From Candidatus Altiarchaeota archaeon (lineage in GTDB: Archaea; Altiarchaeota; Altiarchaeia; IMC4; SCGC-AAA252-I15): DNA of 24,820 bases. The position numbers were made by a program, and so were the translations under genes. The notes below the pieces were generated by a model, which worked only from the letters and a program-made list of their open reading frames with translations, had not been told where the DNA came from and did no database searches. The stretch spans positions 1-24,820 of the forward strand of contig JAZDNF010000011.1 of assembly GCA_043800255.1 (NCBI GenBank), written 5' to 3'. Below are positions 23,501-24,820 of the stretch, piece after piece. How positions within the stretch are numbered: position 1 is the first letter of the stretch; each line of letters starts with the position of its first letter.

Positions 23501-24820
23501 ATGAACCTGAAGGGCCAAACCTCCGTGGAGCTTCTTGTCATAATCGCCATCGCACTTGTTGTCTTCGGGACTATTTTTTCGATGACGCAGAGGTCGTTCA
23601 CGTCCTCACAGTACGCCCTGAGGACCGTCCAAGCCAGGACTGCGCTGAAGCAGCTGGCAGACTCCGCCGACCTCGTCTACGCCCAGGGTGAAGGAGCAAA
23701 GACACAAGTCTATGTGACGATTCCAGGCGGCATAACCATGACCGAGGTTTCAGGCAATCACATTCTCATACAGGTGGACGTCAGCAAGGGCCTGCAGGAC
23801 CTTTTCGAGTCGTCTGACGCGTGCCTTACGGGGGAGATACCGTCTACCGAAGGCAGCCACTGGGTGACCCTGGAATACACTGGAGGATGCGTTAACGTCG
23901 GCTCCAAGAGCATCTCAGTCAGCCCATCCTCCAAGAGTTTCACAGTACAAGGCGGAGTTGGGCCGTCATCTCAGGAGATAAACGTCTCAAACGCCGGCGA
24001 CATTGAGGTTAACGTGTCGTTAACGATCGGCGGGAGCATACAGTCTTGGGCGACCGTCAGCCCCGATAACCTCACCATCCAGCCTTCAGGCATAAACAGC
24101 TCAACGCTGACAGTCAACCCCCCAGGGGGGACAGCCCCAGGATACTACTACGGGCAGATTGTAATCTCCAACTCGGAGGTATCGTATATCGATGTCTCTG
24201 TTCTGGTGTCAAGCGACCAGTCCCTGAACCTCCAGCCGACTTCCTGGGCCACGACCATACCGCAGGGAGAGAGCAGGACACAGGGCTGGACAGCATGCAA
24301 CAACGGCGACAGCATACTCTACGGGGTTACGCTCTCGAAGTCTTCAGGAGACGCCGGAGACTGGCTGACATTCTCCGGAGGGAATAGCATCGGAGACATC
24401 AGCCCCGGACAATGCGGTTACAAGGATTCAAGTTTGAACGTCCCCGGAGCGACTGCACCAGGAACTTACGCCGGAACGGTTACAGCATCAGACGGCGCAT
24501 CAGACTCAAGCAACCTGAATGTCAACGTCATAGCTCCTGGGGCTACGACGACCACAACAACTTCAACAAGCTCAACTTCGAGTTCGTCCACATCTTCGAC
24601 GAGTACTACAGTGACTAGCACGACGAGCTCTACTTCGACTAGTACGAGCTCCACTTCGACGACGGTGTCGACGACGTCTACCAGCACTACGTCGTCTACG
24701 AGTACTAGCAGTACTAGCACATCCACAAGTACGAGCACTACATCAACCACCACCAGTACTTCAACCACCAGCAGCACATCGACCACTTCGACCAGCACGA
24801 CGAGCACGACGCTGCCCATC
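23501..24820 (+). CDS. Class III signal-peptide (pilin-like) surface protein with Ig-like domains and long Thr/Ser tract; partial, open at the window end (absent from the ORF track)
   Basis: Hand translation begins MNLKG|QTSVELLVIIAIALVVFG...LADSADLVYAQGEGAK. Two repeats end in PxxTAPGxYxG. No stop in 440 codons. Confidence 0.9.
   Translation, partial: MNLKGQTSVELLVIIAIALVVFGTIFSMTQRSFTSSQYALRTVQARTALKQLADSADLVYAQGEGAKTQVYVTIPGGITMTEVSGNHILIQVDVSKGLQDLFESSDACLTGEIPSTEGSHWVTLEYTGGCVNVGSKSISVSPSSKSFTVQGGVGPSSQEINVSNAGDIEVNVSLTIGGSIQSWATVSPDNLTIQPSGINSSTLTVNPPGGTAPGYYYGQIVISNSEVSYIDVSVLVSSDQSLNLQPTSWATTIPQGESRTQGWTACNNGDSILYGVTLSKSSGDAGDWLTFSGGNSIGDISPGQCGYKDSSLNVPGATAPGTYAGTVTASDGASDSSNLNVNVIAPGATTTTTTSTSSTSSSSTSSTSTTVTSTTSSTSTSTSSTSTTVSTTSTSTTSSTSTSSTSTSTSTSTTSTTTSTSTTSSTSTTSTSTTSTTLPI
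24544..24811 (+). repeat. Low-complexity Thr/Ser-coding tract
   Basis: Run of ACN/TCN/AGY codons with mixed third positions. Confidence 0.9.

Noticed and set aside
24466-24819. Val/Leu-rich minus-strand ORF resembling a membrane protein
   Set aside because: It is the reverse complement of the Thr/Ser tract of the pilin-like gene.

Overview
Gene-dense archaeal chromosomal window. Archaeal markers include eL15, eL39, NMD3, a GHMP-type shikimate kinase, an intron-containing tRNA with a bulge-helix-bulge (BHB) motif and a class III signal peptide. The orphan genes and Thr-rich surface proteins look DPANN/Altiarchaeota-like, but that is an impression only. The first ~790 bp are AT-rich and carry direct repeats and dyads (candidate origin or regulatory hub). 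Next come orphan genes, aroK-yjbQ, Cys/Thr-rich surface proteins and a large secreted M4-type metalloprotease. tRNA-Asn(GTT) has a 61-nt intron, and upstream of it lies a hairpin cluster containing a duplicated tRNA 5' end. The middle holds rpl15e with a leader RNA, an oapABC/arvABC-purB operon, nmd3, a lone rpl39e (missed by the ORF track), two paralogous receiver proteins, a divergent class I fbp / class II fba pair and trxB. The right end has a candidate ~116-nt two-fold symmetric ncRNA and a cluster of a degenerate PLC/P1-like surface protein, a tail-less divergent FtsZ and a pilin-like adhesin (missed by the track, open at the window edge). No CRISPR array, transposase or integrase was seen. 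The best novelty candidates are the ncRNA at 21257-21372, the divergent FtsZ cluster, the tRNA-Asn upstream element and the protease nested in a split domain.
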